A DNA stretch of 64,000 nt from Candidatus Woesearchaeota archaeon (GTDB lineage: Archaea; Nanobdellota; Nanobdellia; Woesearchaeales; WJIZ01). Shown in pieces: positions 1 to 10,567 of this stretch. The translations under genes were made by a program, and so were the position numbers. The notes under the pieces are model-generated. The model was not told the DNA's origin and did no database searches. It saw only the letters and a list, made by a program, of their open reading frames with translations. Each line of letters opens with the position of its first letter. The stretch's first letter is position 1. The stretch covers positions 12,779-76,778 of the forward strand of contig WJIZ01000029.1 of NCBI GenBank assembly GCA_014729995.1. The letters run 5' to 3'.

Positions 1-1940
1 CTGTTAAATTGGGAGCCTACACACTTGATGGTAAGCATAAAGCACACCACAGGATAGCAAACCACTATCCAAGCAGTAATGAGCCTAGTTTCCCATGGAC
101 TGATACTTCAGAGTGGTACGCTTACTCACTAACTGACGACGGCACACCAATCACAGTTGATGGCGCTTTGGGCGATTGGAGCGGAGCATCAAAATTATTT
201 ACTGAGTGCGACGCAACCCATCAGACCACAGGAGGCAATGTGCCAATAAACAGGTGCTTTGATATGTACGCAACAGTATATGGAGATACGCTTTACATTG
301 GCATTGATTATACAGATGATACAACCGACGATTCGCCAAATACGAACACAGATGGCGCAAAAGTGCTTTTTGCAGTCCCTTATTGGATGCAATATAGTTC
401 GCCATTTAGCATTGGTGAAGAGTCATGCCACAGGATAGAGTTTTACAGTGTGGACGATTTAGGCAATCCTGAGCCAGTTCAGCACCAATGTGTATTCGTA
501 GACAAGACAGGTCCAGGAATAATCAAAAATTACGAAGGGCCTTATTTCGCTGATACCATAAACAACATAAAAGTCGAATGGATAAACAGCAATACAAAAA
601 TCAAAATCAATATAATTGATGACGGAGTTCACAAGTCTGGAATAGCAGAGACAAAATACAGGGTAAAGCAAGTTAACGACGAATACTGTTGGGGAACCAT
701 GGATTGCACAGGAGCAGATGCAAGTGATGTGGGCTGGACAATATTTAATAACCCTCTTTACGGGGAATTCAATATAGGTCAGGAATCATGCCACTTAATC
801 GAAGTTTACAGCGAGGATAATGTAGGCAAGAGCGCTACGCACAAGCAATGTGTATTTGTGGACAACACCTATCCAACTCCGGAAAAGACAGTTGGCAAGC
901 CAAGAAGCAAGTTCATGTGGGATGACTTTGGAGAGTCATTCTATCCTGTCAAGGATAAATGCTGGAGTGCAGATATGTCAGCATGCAACGGAGACATTGA
1001 TTGTGAGATAACAGCATGCCGTGCAGATCCAAACTGTATTGAGTGCTGGAAAACTACTTTGATGACTCCAATCTCGCTCAACTGCATAGACCAGGGGCCT
1101 CACCCAGTCGATAACGAGCACGTATGCTTTCAGGTTGGCCTGGACGGAACAGATGTTACAGACATGTACTGTGGCGAAGAACACTATAATGGTATAATGA
1201 CAAACGACGGCTTCTGCTGTGTAGATCATGAGATAGATCCATTCTATTTTGGGGAAACAACCTACCACAATCTGGCTTATTACTGCGAAGACGCACTTGG
1301 AAACAGCAACAAAGCCATACTGGATGACGAGAAATTCAAGGTAGAGAAGACAGCCTTCAACATAACCATCAACAAAAAGTGGAACGTGATATCAACGCCG
1401 GTGAAGCTGCTTGACGACTCGATGGACCAGGTATTCGCAGATATAAAAGATGACGTAGTAAGTGTCTGGTCATACGATGCTATGGCAGATGAATGGGATT
1501 ACTATATCGCAGACGACAACCCTAAAAATGACTTCCTGACAACTATGGTTCCGGGAGACGGCTACTGGGTATTCGCACTAAACGATACTGTGCTTGTAAT
1601 CGGGGGCGAGCTTATGAGCCCTGCGATGGCACCGCCAAGCAAGCCTATTAAGGGAGATGCATGGAATTTGGTCGGCTATTATGGCGCAGATGATGAGCTG
1701 GGATACTTTGGGCCGGCTGGAAACGGAGACCCTGCAGAGTGTGTTTTCTTTTCACTCTCTGATTCAATGTTCGACATTGGATGGACAGGCCTTGAGACAT
1801 ACTGGGAGCCGCTTAATCCGTACATGTGGGTTTCCTACCAGAAAGCCGACAACCTTGATCCTGGCGCAGGATACTGGATTTTTGCAACAGAAGACGGTGT
1901 TTACGCACCTACCACAGACTGTACAGGTTTGTGGTCTTAA
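1..1940 (+). CDS. Secreted Cys-rich protein, 5' partial (frame open from the window start). Contains an internal duplication: ESCHRIEFYSVDDLGNPEPVQHQCVFVDKTGP and ESCHLIEVYSEDNVGKSATHKQCVFVDNTYP.
   Basis: Long ORF 9..1940 open to the window edge. High Cys content. Internally repeated module seen in the translation. No TM segment at the C-terminus. Confidence 0.6.
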   Translation, partial: VKLGAYTLDGKHKAHHRIANHYPSSNEPSFPWTDTSEWYAYSLTDDGTPITVDGALGDWSGASKLFTECDATHQTTGGNVPINRCFDMYATVYGDTLYIGIDYTDDTTDDSPNTNTDGAKVLFAVPYWMQYSSPFSIGEESCHRIEFYSVDDLGNPEPVQHQCVFVDKTGPGIIKNYEGPYFADTINNIKVEWINSNTKIKINIIDDGVHKSGIAETKYRVKQVNDEYCWGTMDCTGADASDVGWTIFNNPLYGEFNIGQESCHLIEVYSEDNVGKSATHKQCVFVDNTYPTPEKTVGKPRSKFMWDDFGESFYPVKDKCWSADMSACNGDIDCEITACRADPNCIECWKTTLMTPISLNCIDQGPHPVDNEHVCFQVGLDGTDVTDMYCGEEHYNGIMTNDGFCCVDHEIDPFYFGETTYHNLAYYCEDALGNSNKAILDDEKFKVEKTAFNITINKKWNVISTPVKLLDDSMDQVFADIKDDVVSVWSYDAMADEWDYYIADDNPKNDFLTTMVPGDGYWVFALNDTVLVIGGELMSPAMAPPSKPIKGDAWNLVGYYGADDELGYFGPAGNGDPAECVFFSLSDSMFDIGWTGLETYWEPLNPYMWVSYQKADNLDPGAGYWIFATEDGVYAPTTDCTGLWS

Positions 1941-1967
1941 TTTTTTTATGGGGTGAGGAGGTAATAA

Positions 1968-2828
1968 ATGAAACAAATTATGATAGGGATGCTGATAGCT
2001 CTTGTGGCCAGCGCCGCAGCAATTGCTCAGGGCGACTATCCAGGGCATGCATTCTGGGGCGAAGTGCTTGTTAACGGAAATTCAGCCCCCGACAACCTGT
2101 TGATTATAGCAATGATCGACGGCAATAACGTATCCTTCGGATACACCGATTCCGGAGTATACGGCCAAAAGCCAGCCGATAAGTTTTATGTTCCCAATCC
2201 CGGCAGCTCGGGAAAGACCATTGAGTTTTACGTGGGAGGAATCAAGGCTGCTGAACACCCGTTCATCGCAGCCAGCGGTACAGAATTAGACCTTTCAGTA
2301 GACGGTGATCTCTCTATCTGCGGCGACAATACCTGCAGTGCAGGAGAAACCTGCTCAACCTGCCCGGAAGACTGCGGCAGCTGCCCTAATCAGCAGTCGC
2401 CGCCCAGCGGAGGGGGAGGTAGCCCGTCAGGAGGAGGCGGAAGCAGCATCTCATTTACACAATCTGATGAATGCACTCCGGAATGGGAATGCACATCGTG
2501 GCTCGAATGCAATAACGGCGTCCAAAAAAGGGTCTGCACAGACAAGAACGAGTGTGGCGACGATACAGGAAAGCCTGCAGAGACAAGAGACTGCGAAATT
2601 CCGGATGAGATGAAGTCACAGCAGGAAACAGAAACAAAATCCTCGCCTGTGGCAGATGATATAGCTGGCCAGTTAAGGGACAGTGATAGGGAAAACAACG
2701 GCTTATCAGGAATTACCGGCCTTGCAATAGCAAACCTGGGCAAAGGCTCTACATGGATAGGGTTGCTGTTAATAGCAGCCATTGTCGTAGCAGGAATCTT
2801 TGCTTACAACAATTACTGGAAGAAGTGA
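1968..2828 (+). CDS. Cell-surface protein with an N-terminal signal peptide, a Cys-rich module, a Gly/Ser linker and a C-terminal TM anchor.
   Basis: Strong SD (GGTGAGGAGG) upstream of the ATG. MKQIMIGMLIALVASAAAIAQG signal-like N-terminus. SGGGGSPSGGGGSS linker. C-terminal WIGLLLIAAIVVAGIFAY followed by a basic tail. Confidence 0.7.
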   Translation: MKQIMIGMLIALVASAAAIAQGDYPGHAFWGEVLVNGNSAPDNLLIIAMIDGNNVSFGYTDSGVYGQKPADKFYVPNPGSSGKTIEFYVGGIKAAEHPFIAASGTELDLSVDGDLSICGDNTCSAGETCSTCPEDCGSCPNQQSPPSGGGGSPSGGGGSSISFTQSDECTPEWECTSWLECNNGVQKRVCTDKNECGDDTGKPAETRDCEIPDEMKSQQETETKSSPVADDIAGQLRDSDRENNGLSGITGLAIANLGKGSTWIGLLLIAAIVVAGIFAYNNYWKK

Positions 2829-2933
2829 TTATTTTTCTTATCTTTTTTGTTATTACCCTTGTAGCAACTATATTGTTGCATATGTAACAGAACTATATTC
2901 AAAGACCATCTGGCAAAAAGGTACTGCTTGATT

Positions 2934-4268
2934 TCAATTGGCACGTATCACAGAAAGAACCTCATCACGTTTCTCTTCCATCTTCTCCTTTGTCTTTGCT
3001 TCCAAATTTAATCTAAGCAAAGATTCAGTATTAGAAGGCCGAACATTAAACCACCAGTCATCAAAATCAACCCGAATACCGTCCAGCAAAGAGATTTCGC
3101 CTTCTTTATACTTCTCTTTTAGTTCCTCGATCTTCTTCTCCTTGTCTTCAACCTTGGAATTGATCTCCCCTGTAGCATAATATCTTTTCAGAGGCTTGAT
3201 CAGCTCAGACAGATTCTTCCCTTTAGCAGAAAGATAGTTAAGCACCCATATTGCAGCTATCACCCCGGAATCAGTGAAATAATTCTCCCGGAAATAGAAG
3301 TGTCCGCTTAATTCTCCAGCAAATATTCCATTCTCTTCACGCATCATCTGCTTGATAAAGCTATGCCCTACCCTGCTCATCTTGCAGTTTCCGCCGCTAT
3401 GCTCAATAACCTCAGGCACGATCCAGCTGCTCCTTAAGTCATAGAGTATGGCTTCTCCCTTATGCTCCTTTAAAATTTCCTCTGCTATAAGCGCTGTAAT
3501 AAAGTCAGACGCAACTAAATTGCCCCTGTCATCCACAAAAAAGACCCTGTCAGCATCACCGTCAAACGCTATTCCCAAGTCAGCTTTCTCTTTCAACACA
3601 GTCTCCTTCAGCTTATCCACTGCCCCCTCTTTCATAGGATTGGCATCATGGTTAGGAAACTTTCCATCAAGCTCAAAATAAAGCGGGATAACATCAACAC
3701 CAATCCCCCTCTTTATCAGGGAAAAATCCTGGCTGCCCATGCCATTAGCACAGTCAACAACAACTTTCAGCCCTTTTACATCCTTCACAAAGGAAAGAAG
3801 ATGCTTCTTATACGCTTCTTTCACATCTTTTTTCTCTATTTTCCCCTGCCCGGAAACATCCTTGAAATCACTATTGGCAACTTTCTCCTCTATCTCCTTA
3901 ATTCCCGTGTCACCCGAAACAGGAATTGCCTTCTCCCTTGTAAACTTCACACCATTGTACTCTTTGGGGTTATGCGAAGCAGTTATCATGGCGCAGCCGT
4001 CAGCATTGAGAAAATTGCATGCAAAATAGCTCATCGGCGTGCTTGTTAAGCCAAAATCAATTACATCTTTTCCCTGCGAGATAACCCCTTTTGCAAAAGC
4101 CTCAAAAAGCGACCTTGAAGACAGCCTCATATCATAGCCGACAGCAATCTTCTTCCCGGAAATGAAGTCAGCAAAAGCCTTACCTATCTTCTCCATCACT
4201 TTTTCATTTATCTCTTCAGGATACAATCCCCTTATATCATAAGCTTTGAATATGCCCATAATAATCAC
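2934..4268 (-). CDS. Phosphoglucomutase/phosphomannomutase (alpha-D-phosphohexomutase family).
   Basis: KAYDIRG N-terminus. ITASHNP phosphoserine-loop motif. Length of about 440 aa is typical for archaeal PGM/PMM. Confidence 0.85.
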   Translation of the reverse strand: MIIMGIFKAYDIRGLYPEEINEKVMEKIGKAFADFISGKKIAVGYDMRLSSRSLFEAFAKGVISQGKDVIDFGLTSTPMSYFACNFLNADGCAMITASHNPKEYNGVKFTREKAIPVSGDTGIKEIEEKVANSDFKDVSGQGKIEKKDVKEAYKKHLLSFVKDVKGLKVVVDCANGMGSQDFSLIKRGIGVDVIPLYFELDGKFPNHDANPMKEGAVDKLKETVLKEKADLGIAFDGDADRVFFVDDRGNLVASDFITALIAEEILKEHKGEAILYDLRSSWIVPEVIEHSGGNCKMSRVGHSFIKQMMREENGIFAGELSGHFYFRENYFTDSGVIAAIWVLNYLSAKGKNLSELIKPLKRYYATGEINSKVEDKEKKIEELKEKYKEGEISLLDGIRVDFDDWWFNVRPSNTESLLRLNLEAKTKEKMEEKRDEVLSVIRAN

Positions 4269-4270
4269 AG

Positions 4271-6241
4271 CTACTTCTGCAGCTTTTCAATTATTTCCCT
4301 TATGCCTTTGGTCTGCGGGTTATCTGTAATCTGGTTGGCCAGCTTTTTCAGCTTTGGGTGTGCATTGCTTAGCGCTATTTTAAAACCAGGATTTAAAAAC
4401 ATCTCAATATCATTCTCCCCGTCGCCCACAACAATTGTCTTCTCGAAATCAATATTCAGGTAAAGCATTGCAAGCCTTAAGCCCAGGCCCTTGTCCACTC
4501 CCTTTGGGAGCGTCATAAGCTCATCTACATTTTTTACCATACGCAGGTTCTGGGTCAGGCTTCCCAGCATTTTTTCAATGAACGGCCTGTCTGAGTAGCG
4601 GTTGCTGGTAATTATTTCACCTATTGTTGTTCCGGGCAGGTCCAGTTCCCTGATTATTTTTCTGGCCTTTTTCATGTAGCTTGTGTTTATCGAAATTGTC
4701 TTCTTGGTTCTGGGGAAATAAAGCACTGCCCCGTTTTCAGCCACAACACATCTCCATATCTTGAATTTCTTGCAGAGCCTTTTCACGTATTTCAAAATCC
4801 TTCCAGTCGACAGAAATAAGTCGATCTTTAATTTCTTCAGTTCCCTGAATAATTCAGCATCAAAGTCTTTCGGATCAAATTCCATTTTTGCCGGGCCGTC
4901 AGTTATAGTGCGGTCCATATCAGTTATGATTGCCTTAAAATACTCCAAATTCAGGTATTCAATCTTGTGGAATTCATCCTTGTCCTTGATTACGTCATTG
5001 TACAGCGCCTGGTGCTTTTCTATTCCAATTTCCATCCTGAATTTTTCGTTTACAATCTCTAAAGACTTAGAGGCCATTTTATTCCTTAATTGGCTGTTTT
5101 CAAGGATTTGAACTATTTTTTTAGCGGTTTCTTTGTAATCGCCCACATCCACCAAAAAACCGTTTGCCCCGTCCTTCACCTGCAGCGGAATGCCCCCTAC
5201 TTTTGTTCCGACAATTGGGTTATTGCAGGCCATACCCTCTGTAACCGAAAGCCCGAATCCCTCATTTTTCGAGCATAATGCCACTAAGTCAGCTGCATTA
5301 TAGACTTCCGGCAGGATATGGTATTCAATGTTTCCGGTGAAAATGACATTTTTTGACAGCCCGTAATCTGTTATCATCTTCTCGATATTTTCTGTCAAAA
5401 TCTGCCTGTCCTTGGATAATTTGCTGCTCATCGACTTGCCGCCCACAAAAACCAGCTTTGCATCAGGCACTTTCTTCAAAACCAGCGGCATTGCCTTTAC
5501 CAGCTGCTCATGGCCTGATTTAGGGTCGACTCTCTGTACGCACATGATAATCTTTGCCCTGACAGGCAGCTTGTATTTTTTTCTTACTGAGTCTTTATCT
5601 ATCTCCATTTTCCTGAAAAGGTTTGTGTTTGCGATAGGGTGGATTAATACAGCCTTTTTTCTTGGAAACCCTGCCTTAACTGCTGCGTCGATATATTCTT
5701 GTGATGAAAAAATTACCTTATCGTATTCTTTTAAATGCTTTACAAGAAACTCTGACAGGTATTTGGACATGTCTTCAATAAAGGGTATATGCCATGTAAA
5801 AACCAGGGCCATCCCTCTTGGGATGTATTTATAGGAAAACAGGAGCTGGAAATCATGTATGTGCACGATATCTGCAGGATTATTTTCAAGATGCTCCTTT
5901 ATTTCCTCGCCAAAATACTCATTTATCTGGTTGAACTGCTTGTATCCGGTCATGTGCTGTACAGGCCTTTTGAATTCCTTTTTATGATAATGGGATTCAG
6001 TATATACAGCTTCCTTGAATTTGCTATAGCCTGTCAGCACTTTCTTGTCTAAAGGCATCTTTGGGACTCTGTGGACTTTTATTCCCTCGATCTCATCCAC
6101 GCCTTCCTCGCCTGAAGGCCTCAGGTGTATTTCAACAACGTCATTTCCCCTCTTTACCATTTCCCTGGCAAGATTGAGAAGATAGGTCGAAACCCCCCCG
6201 ATATGCGGATAGAAAGACTGGCTCGCGTAATAGATTTTCAT
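4271..6241 (-). CDS. Bifunctional GT4 glycosyltransferase plus HAD-IIB (SPP/Cof-like) sugar-phosphate phosphatase. The architecture resembles sucrose-phosphate synthase/phosphatase.
   Basis: The N-terminal 400 aa carry the GT4 EGFGLSVTEGMA...VGGIP motif. The C-terminal 250 aa carry HAD motif I (ITDMDRTITDG) and motif IV (VVGDGENDIEMF). Confidence 0.75.
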   Translation of the reverse strand: MKIYYASQSFYPHIGGVSTYLLNLAREMVKRGNDVVEIHLRPSGEEGVDEIEGIKVHRVPKMPLDKKVLTGYSKFKEAVYTESHYHKKEFKRPVQHMTGYKQFNQINEYFGEEIKEHLENNPADIVHIHDFQLLFSYKYIPRGMALVFTWHIPFIEDMSKYLSEFLVKHLKEYDKVIFSSQEYIDAAVKAGFPRKKAVLIHPIANTNLFRKMEIDKDSVRKKYKLPVRAKIIMCVQRVDPKSGHEQLVKAMPLVLKKVPDAKLVFVGGKSMSSKLSKDRQILTENIEKMITDYGLSKNVIFTGNIEYHILPEVYNAADLVALCSKNEGFGLSVTEGMACNNPIVGTKVGGIPLQVKDGANGFLVDVGDYKETAKKIVQILENSQLRNKMASKSLEIVNEKFRMEIGIEKHQALYNDVIKDKDEFHKIEYLNLEYFKAIITDMDRTITDGPAKMEFDPKDFDAELFRELKKLKIDLFLSTGRILKYVKRLCKKFKIWRCVVAENGAVLYFPRTKKTISINTSYMKKARKIIRELDLPGTTIGEIITSNRYSDRPFIEKMLGSLTQNLRMVKNVDELMTLPKGVDKGLGLRLAMLYLNIDFEKTIVVGDGENDIEMFLNPGFKIALSNAHPKLKKLANQITDNPQTKGIREIIEKLQK

Positions 6242-6477
6242 TTTTTTGATTTAAAAGCAGCGGGCTTTTATATAGTTTATGTATGTAAACTCTGGACAGT
6301 CTGCTATGGTGCCGCAGGAATAATTGCCCTATCACTTTTTTAGGGCACACATAATACTTTACTTTGGTGAAGTATTATGTATAAACTCAATTCAAAGAAA
6401 AGAGCTTGGATCATTAAACAACATCTTAATTATTCTTGTAAAACTACAAAACCTAAACAAGGGGTGTTTCGCATTAA

Positions 6478-7952
6478 GTGACTCAGCACAACAAGTTTCG
6501 CAATAGTGAAAGGAAGCATATATTGATGATTACAAACCACGGCTGCCATTCTCCAGTCATTGAAGTAACTACCGATACAGGCGGCCAGAACTTCTATGTA
6601 AATGACCTCTCTGAGGCATTTGTAAGGCTCGGCTATAAAATTACAATTCTCAACAGGGGCGGCTATAAACATCCTGTAACAAAAAAACCCTAGAAAGGCA
6701 TAATCTATTATAATGAAGTATGGGGCAAGAAAGGGAACTATTGCAGATTAATATATCTTGAAGATAGAAAAAAGGAGTTTATCCCAAAAGAAAAGCTCAC
6801 TAAAAAAGAGCTCATCCAGGAAAAGGATTGCCTTTTCAAAAAAGCAAAGGAAATAGGCTGGGATATAAATGATATCTATCTTGTTAGCTCTCATTATTGG
6901 GATGCAGGAATTTTGGGTATACTGATCAGAGATCAATTAAATAAAAATCCTTCTCATATATGGACCACTTATTCTTTAGGAACATTTAAGAAAGACATGT
7001 TTAAGAACGCACCGAAAGATAAGATCAAAGCCCTTAATTTTCCAAAAAGAATAGCATTTGAAGAGGAAATAATAGAAAAATGCGACGGCATAGTAGCTAC
7101 CAGCAACAAGATGAGGGATTATTCTATGAAAAATATAACATAAATGGAAAAAAAGCAGGGAACAATCTGCAGATAGACCATAGTGCATCCCTGCTTCTTG
7201 CTTTAAGAAGCCATTATTCAAACAAAAAAATACCCAAAAAGCATCAGCAGCTAATAAAAGATACTGCAAACACTATCTGCAGAATCTGGAAAAAAGACCA
7301 TTTCAGTGAGGTAATCCAGGACTTGTGTGAAGAGCGATTCTCATTCTCAGACCTAAAAGAAAATTTTTCCTATTCCCTGGCAGCCTGCTGTAAAGGATTG
7401 CTGTCAGCAAATAAATTAATCCCAAACAGGAAATGGCTGGATACAGCAAACCAGATGAAAGCCACTTTGCTGGAAAATTCAAAAAATAATTTCATTCGCT
7501 CTTTCGGAAAATTAAAAGACGAGAATATGGATGCTTCATTAATCGCACTGGCCTGGCCTTTTGGCATAGTAAGGCCAAAAAACAGGATAATGGCAAACAC
7601 AGTAAAAAAGATGGAAAACTCCATAGCAAAAGACTATAAGGTACACAGATACGAAAAAGACATGTACGACGGATGGATGCATAAGAAATTGCACAGGAAA
7701 AAAGGCGCAGGCTACTGGCCTCTGCTGAATTTCTGGTTTGCGATATATTATTCAAAAGTCAACAGAAAAAAAGCACTAAGATATTTCAACCAGGTATTAA
7801 CAGATCTCAGCTCAAAATATATCCCAGAGCAGATCTTCGACAACAATATCCAGGTCTCTGTAAAGCCTTTGGCATGGAGCCACGCTATGTTTGTTATAGC
7901 TTCTGCAAAATTAGGATACATAGCTGCAGATTATCATAATCGAAAGACTTAA
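6478..7952 (+). pseudogene. Decayed fusion. The N-domain of an SPS-like GT4 (TDTGGQ) is interrupted by an in-frame TAG at 6691-6693 and ends at 7143. It is then frame-shifted onto the C-terminal ~290 aa of a GH15 glucoamylase/trehalase-like enzyme (ATG 7080..7952).
   Basis: Frame 1 reads straight through the TAG (..GYKHPVTKKP*KGIIYYNEVWG..SHYWDAGILG..HIWTTYSLG..). Other genes in the window terminate normally at TAG. The frame-3 segment ends with the GH15-like motif PLAWSHAMFV but lacks the N-terminal ~300 aa of a GH15 catalytic domain. Confidence 0.6.
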
Positions 7953-7981
7953 AAAATCCAGGCCCAAGATTAAAAAGTTAG

Positions 7982-9199
7982 ATGATTCCTAAATTAAGCA
8001 GCTACCAAAGGATAGTGGGCAAGGAAGTAATAAAAAGAATAAGGAAAAGTGCGGAAAATCTCCATGGAAAGCATGTTGTGCACATAAATTCTACTGCTAT
8101 GGGCGGCGGAGTAGCTGAAATCCTGAACACACTGGTCTTCTTAATGAACGACCTTAATATAGACACCGGATGGAGAATACTCTTAGGAAGCCAGTCATTC
8201 TTTAAGATAACAAAAGGCATCCATAATTCCCTGCAGGGCAAGGAATGGAAGATGAGCAACAACAAGAAAAAAATCTACCTTGATTACTGCCGCAGGAACG
8301 CTATAATAAACCACATCTCTGATCATGACATGATAATTATTCACGATCCTCAGCCGCTGGGCATGGTAGCTTCCTATGACAAGAAAACCAAATGGATATG
8401 GAGGTGCCATATAGATTTATCCCATCCACACCAGCCGACAATGGATTTTTTCAGGCCTTTTATCAGGAAATATGACGCTGTAGTTACTTCTTCCCCGAAA
8501 TACTATGTCAGGAAAGTCAAAAAGCCACAATTTATCATACACCCAAGCATAGACCCGCTGTCTGCAAAGAACACCCGCCTGAGTCATGAAAAGGCAAAGA
8601 AAATTCTTTCAAGTCATGGCATTGACTTAGACAAGCCTGTAGTATCGCAGATATCCAGATTTGACCCATGGAAAGACCCTTTCGGCGTAATAAGGATGTA
8701 CGAGAAAATAAAGAAAAAGGCAGACTGTAAGCTTATCCTGATGGGAAACATGGCCCATGACGATCCCCAGGGACCGAAAATCTACCAGAAAGTTGTCAAT
8801 ATGGCTGAAAAAGTAAAGGGTGTGCAGTTAATAACAGATGCAAGCGACATAGTTGTCAATGCGCTCCAGCAGGAAGCGCACCTTCTTTTCCAGAATTCCA
8901 TAAGGGAAGGCTTTGCTTTGACTGTTTCTGAAGCGCTTTGGAAGCGCACACCTGTAATAGGCAGGCCTGTAGGCGGAATCCCTTACCAGATTATCGACGG
9001 AAAAACAGGTTATCTGATAAGAAGCATCGATGCAGGCGCAAAAAAAGCAGCCAGGCTGCTGAAGAATGATGCTCTAAGGGCAAGGATGGGCGAGGCAGGC
9101 AGGGAGCATGTCAGGAAGAATTTCCTCATAACCAGGCACCTTGAAGATTACATTAATCTTTTTAACCGCTTCTATCCTCCGCCGAGGCTGGATGATTAG
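7982..9199 (+). CDS. treT: Trehalose glycosyltransferring synthase TreT (GT4).
   Basis: Close match to the Thermococcales TreT N-terminus (HVVHINSTAMGGGVAEILNTLV), plus ..HDPQP.., ..WRCHIDLS.., SQISRFDPWK, MAHDDPQG and EGFALTVSEALWK motifs. Confidence 0.85.
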   Translation: MIPKLSSYQRIVGKEVIKRIRKSAENLHGKHVVHINSTAMGGGVAEILNTLVFLMNDLNIDTGWRILLGSQSFFKITKGIHNSLQGKEWKMSNNKKKIYLDYCRRNAIINHISDHDMIIIHDPQPLGMVASYDKKTKWIWRCHIDLSHPHQPTMDFFRPFIRKYDAVVTSSPKYYVRKVKKPQFIIHPSIDPLSAKNTRLSHEKAKKILSSHGIDLDKPVVSQISRFDPWKDPFGVIRMYEKIKKKADCKLILMGNMAHDDPQGPKIYQKVVNMAEKVKGVQLITDASDIVVNALQQEAHLLFQNSIREGFALTVSEALWKRTPVIGRPVGGIPYQIIDGKTGYLIRSIDAGAKKAARLLKNDALRARMGEAGREHVRKNFLITRHLEDYINLFNRFYPPPRLDD

Positions 9200-9553
9200 T
9201 CTCGCCTAATCCACTTTCCAATTTGGCTTGATATGAATTAAATCCAGCTTCATGGGCTTAATGCTTTCATGGGGATACCATTCAATACCAGTATGTTCAA
9301 CAGGCTGCAGATTTTTTTCAAGTTCCTTTTTGCTCAGGCCTTGTTCATCTTTTTCAGATTTTTTCAGCAGTTTTTCAAGCTTTCGAACCGATTCATGATT
9401 CAAGGCTCTCTAAAGCTTTTGAGTTAGCTCCCTTCTCATAAAATTCAAGGGCCAGCCTTTTACTTTCCTCAGCACTTGGAAAATGATAAGCCTCATCCAT
9501 ACTGCAATAAGAATTAAAGCCCATTTAAAAAATTATCTTCGCAGCATGCAAAC

Positions 9554-10468
9554 TTATCTTTTCTTCTTCCTTCCGTATTTCTGCAGGCTGTTAGGTATAT
9601 CATCAATCTTCTCAGCGAATAATTCAGAAACATCAATCTTTGCAGCCTTATTTGGGATGGAATTGCATGTAAAAACTTTAGCGCCGGTTCTTTTTATTTT
9701 ATCCAAAGCATTCTCCACGAATATTCCGTGCACAGCAATGCATGTGATCTTTGCAGCCCCCAGCTTCTTAAGCTTCTTGATGGTCTTTATCAGTGTATTG
9801 CCTGTTGATATCATGTCGTCTATTAAAATAATGTTCCTGCCCTTTGCATTAACATTCTCCTGGAACTTAACATCCACATTCCTTGCAGTATGCCTATCTT
9901 TCAGCAATATGGTCGACTCACAGTCCGCTATCTCCGCTGTCTTTCGCGCCCATTTATACGATTCCCAGTCAGGCCCTACTATCAGCGGCTTTTTTACAGT
10001 TCTGATATATTCTGCAATAATGGGATTCGCGCTCAGCTTATGCGCAGGAACAGAGAATATGTGCCCCAATGTCTTCTCCCTGTGTAAATGGGGATCGAGT
10101 ATATAGATATTATCGATTATCTTCGAAAGAATCTCTCCCAGGACATGCACCGAAACAACTTCCCCATAATCAAACATCTTGTCCTGCCTCATGTAGGGAA
10201 AATAAGGCGCCATCAATGTTACAGAAGAAGCCCCCAGCTCCTTAGCTGTCCTTGCAGCGAACATAACCTCTATCAGGCAGGAATCTATATCATCATAAAA
10301 AGACTGTATTAAAACTACCCTCTTGTTCTTAACCAGATGCGCCTTAAACTTGATATGCAGCTCATTGTCAGGAAACCTCTCAACCAATAGTTCAGCATAT
10401 CTTCTCTTTGCTTTCTTTGCAATCTCTCCTGCAATATGCCTGCCGTGCGAGCAGCCGATTACTATCAT
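9554..10468 (-). CDS. prs: Ribose-phosphate pyrophosphokinase (PRPP synthetase).
   Basis: N-terminal MIVIGCSHGRHIAGEIAK and the PRPP-binding loop GRNIILIDDMISTGNT. Confidence 0.85.
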   Translation of the reverse strand: MIVIGCSHGRHIAGEIAKKAKRRYAELLVERFPDNELHIKFKAHLVKNKRVVLIQSFYDDIDSCLIEVMFAARTAKELGASSVTLMAPYFPYMRQDKMFDYGEVVSVHVLGEILSKIIDNIYILDPHLHREKTLGHIFSVPAHKLSANPIIAEYIRTVKKPLIVGPDWESYKWARKTAEIADCESTILLKDRHTARNVDVKFQENVNAKGRNIILIDDMISTGNTLIKTIKKLKKLGAAKITCIAVHGIFVENALDKIKRTGAKVFTCNSIPNKAAKIDVSELFAEKIDDIPNSLQKYGRKKKR

Positions 10469-10567
10469 GTGTTGATTTTAGAAAAGAGTTATTTAAATTT
10501 ATCTGTTAGAAAAACAGACTATGCTAAAAAAGAAACCTATTTAAATTAAAATAACCTACCAACAAGC

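Noticed and set aside
6691-6693. In-frame TAG as possible pyrrolysine or stop-codon recoding.
   Set aside because: At least two other genes in the window end in TAG, and no pyl context is visible. A nonsense mutation in a decaying gene is simpler.
9206-9403. A 65-aa ORF with a TTG start convergent with treT.
   Set aside because: Only a non-ATG start, no SD and no recognisable motif. Likely spurious.
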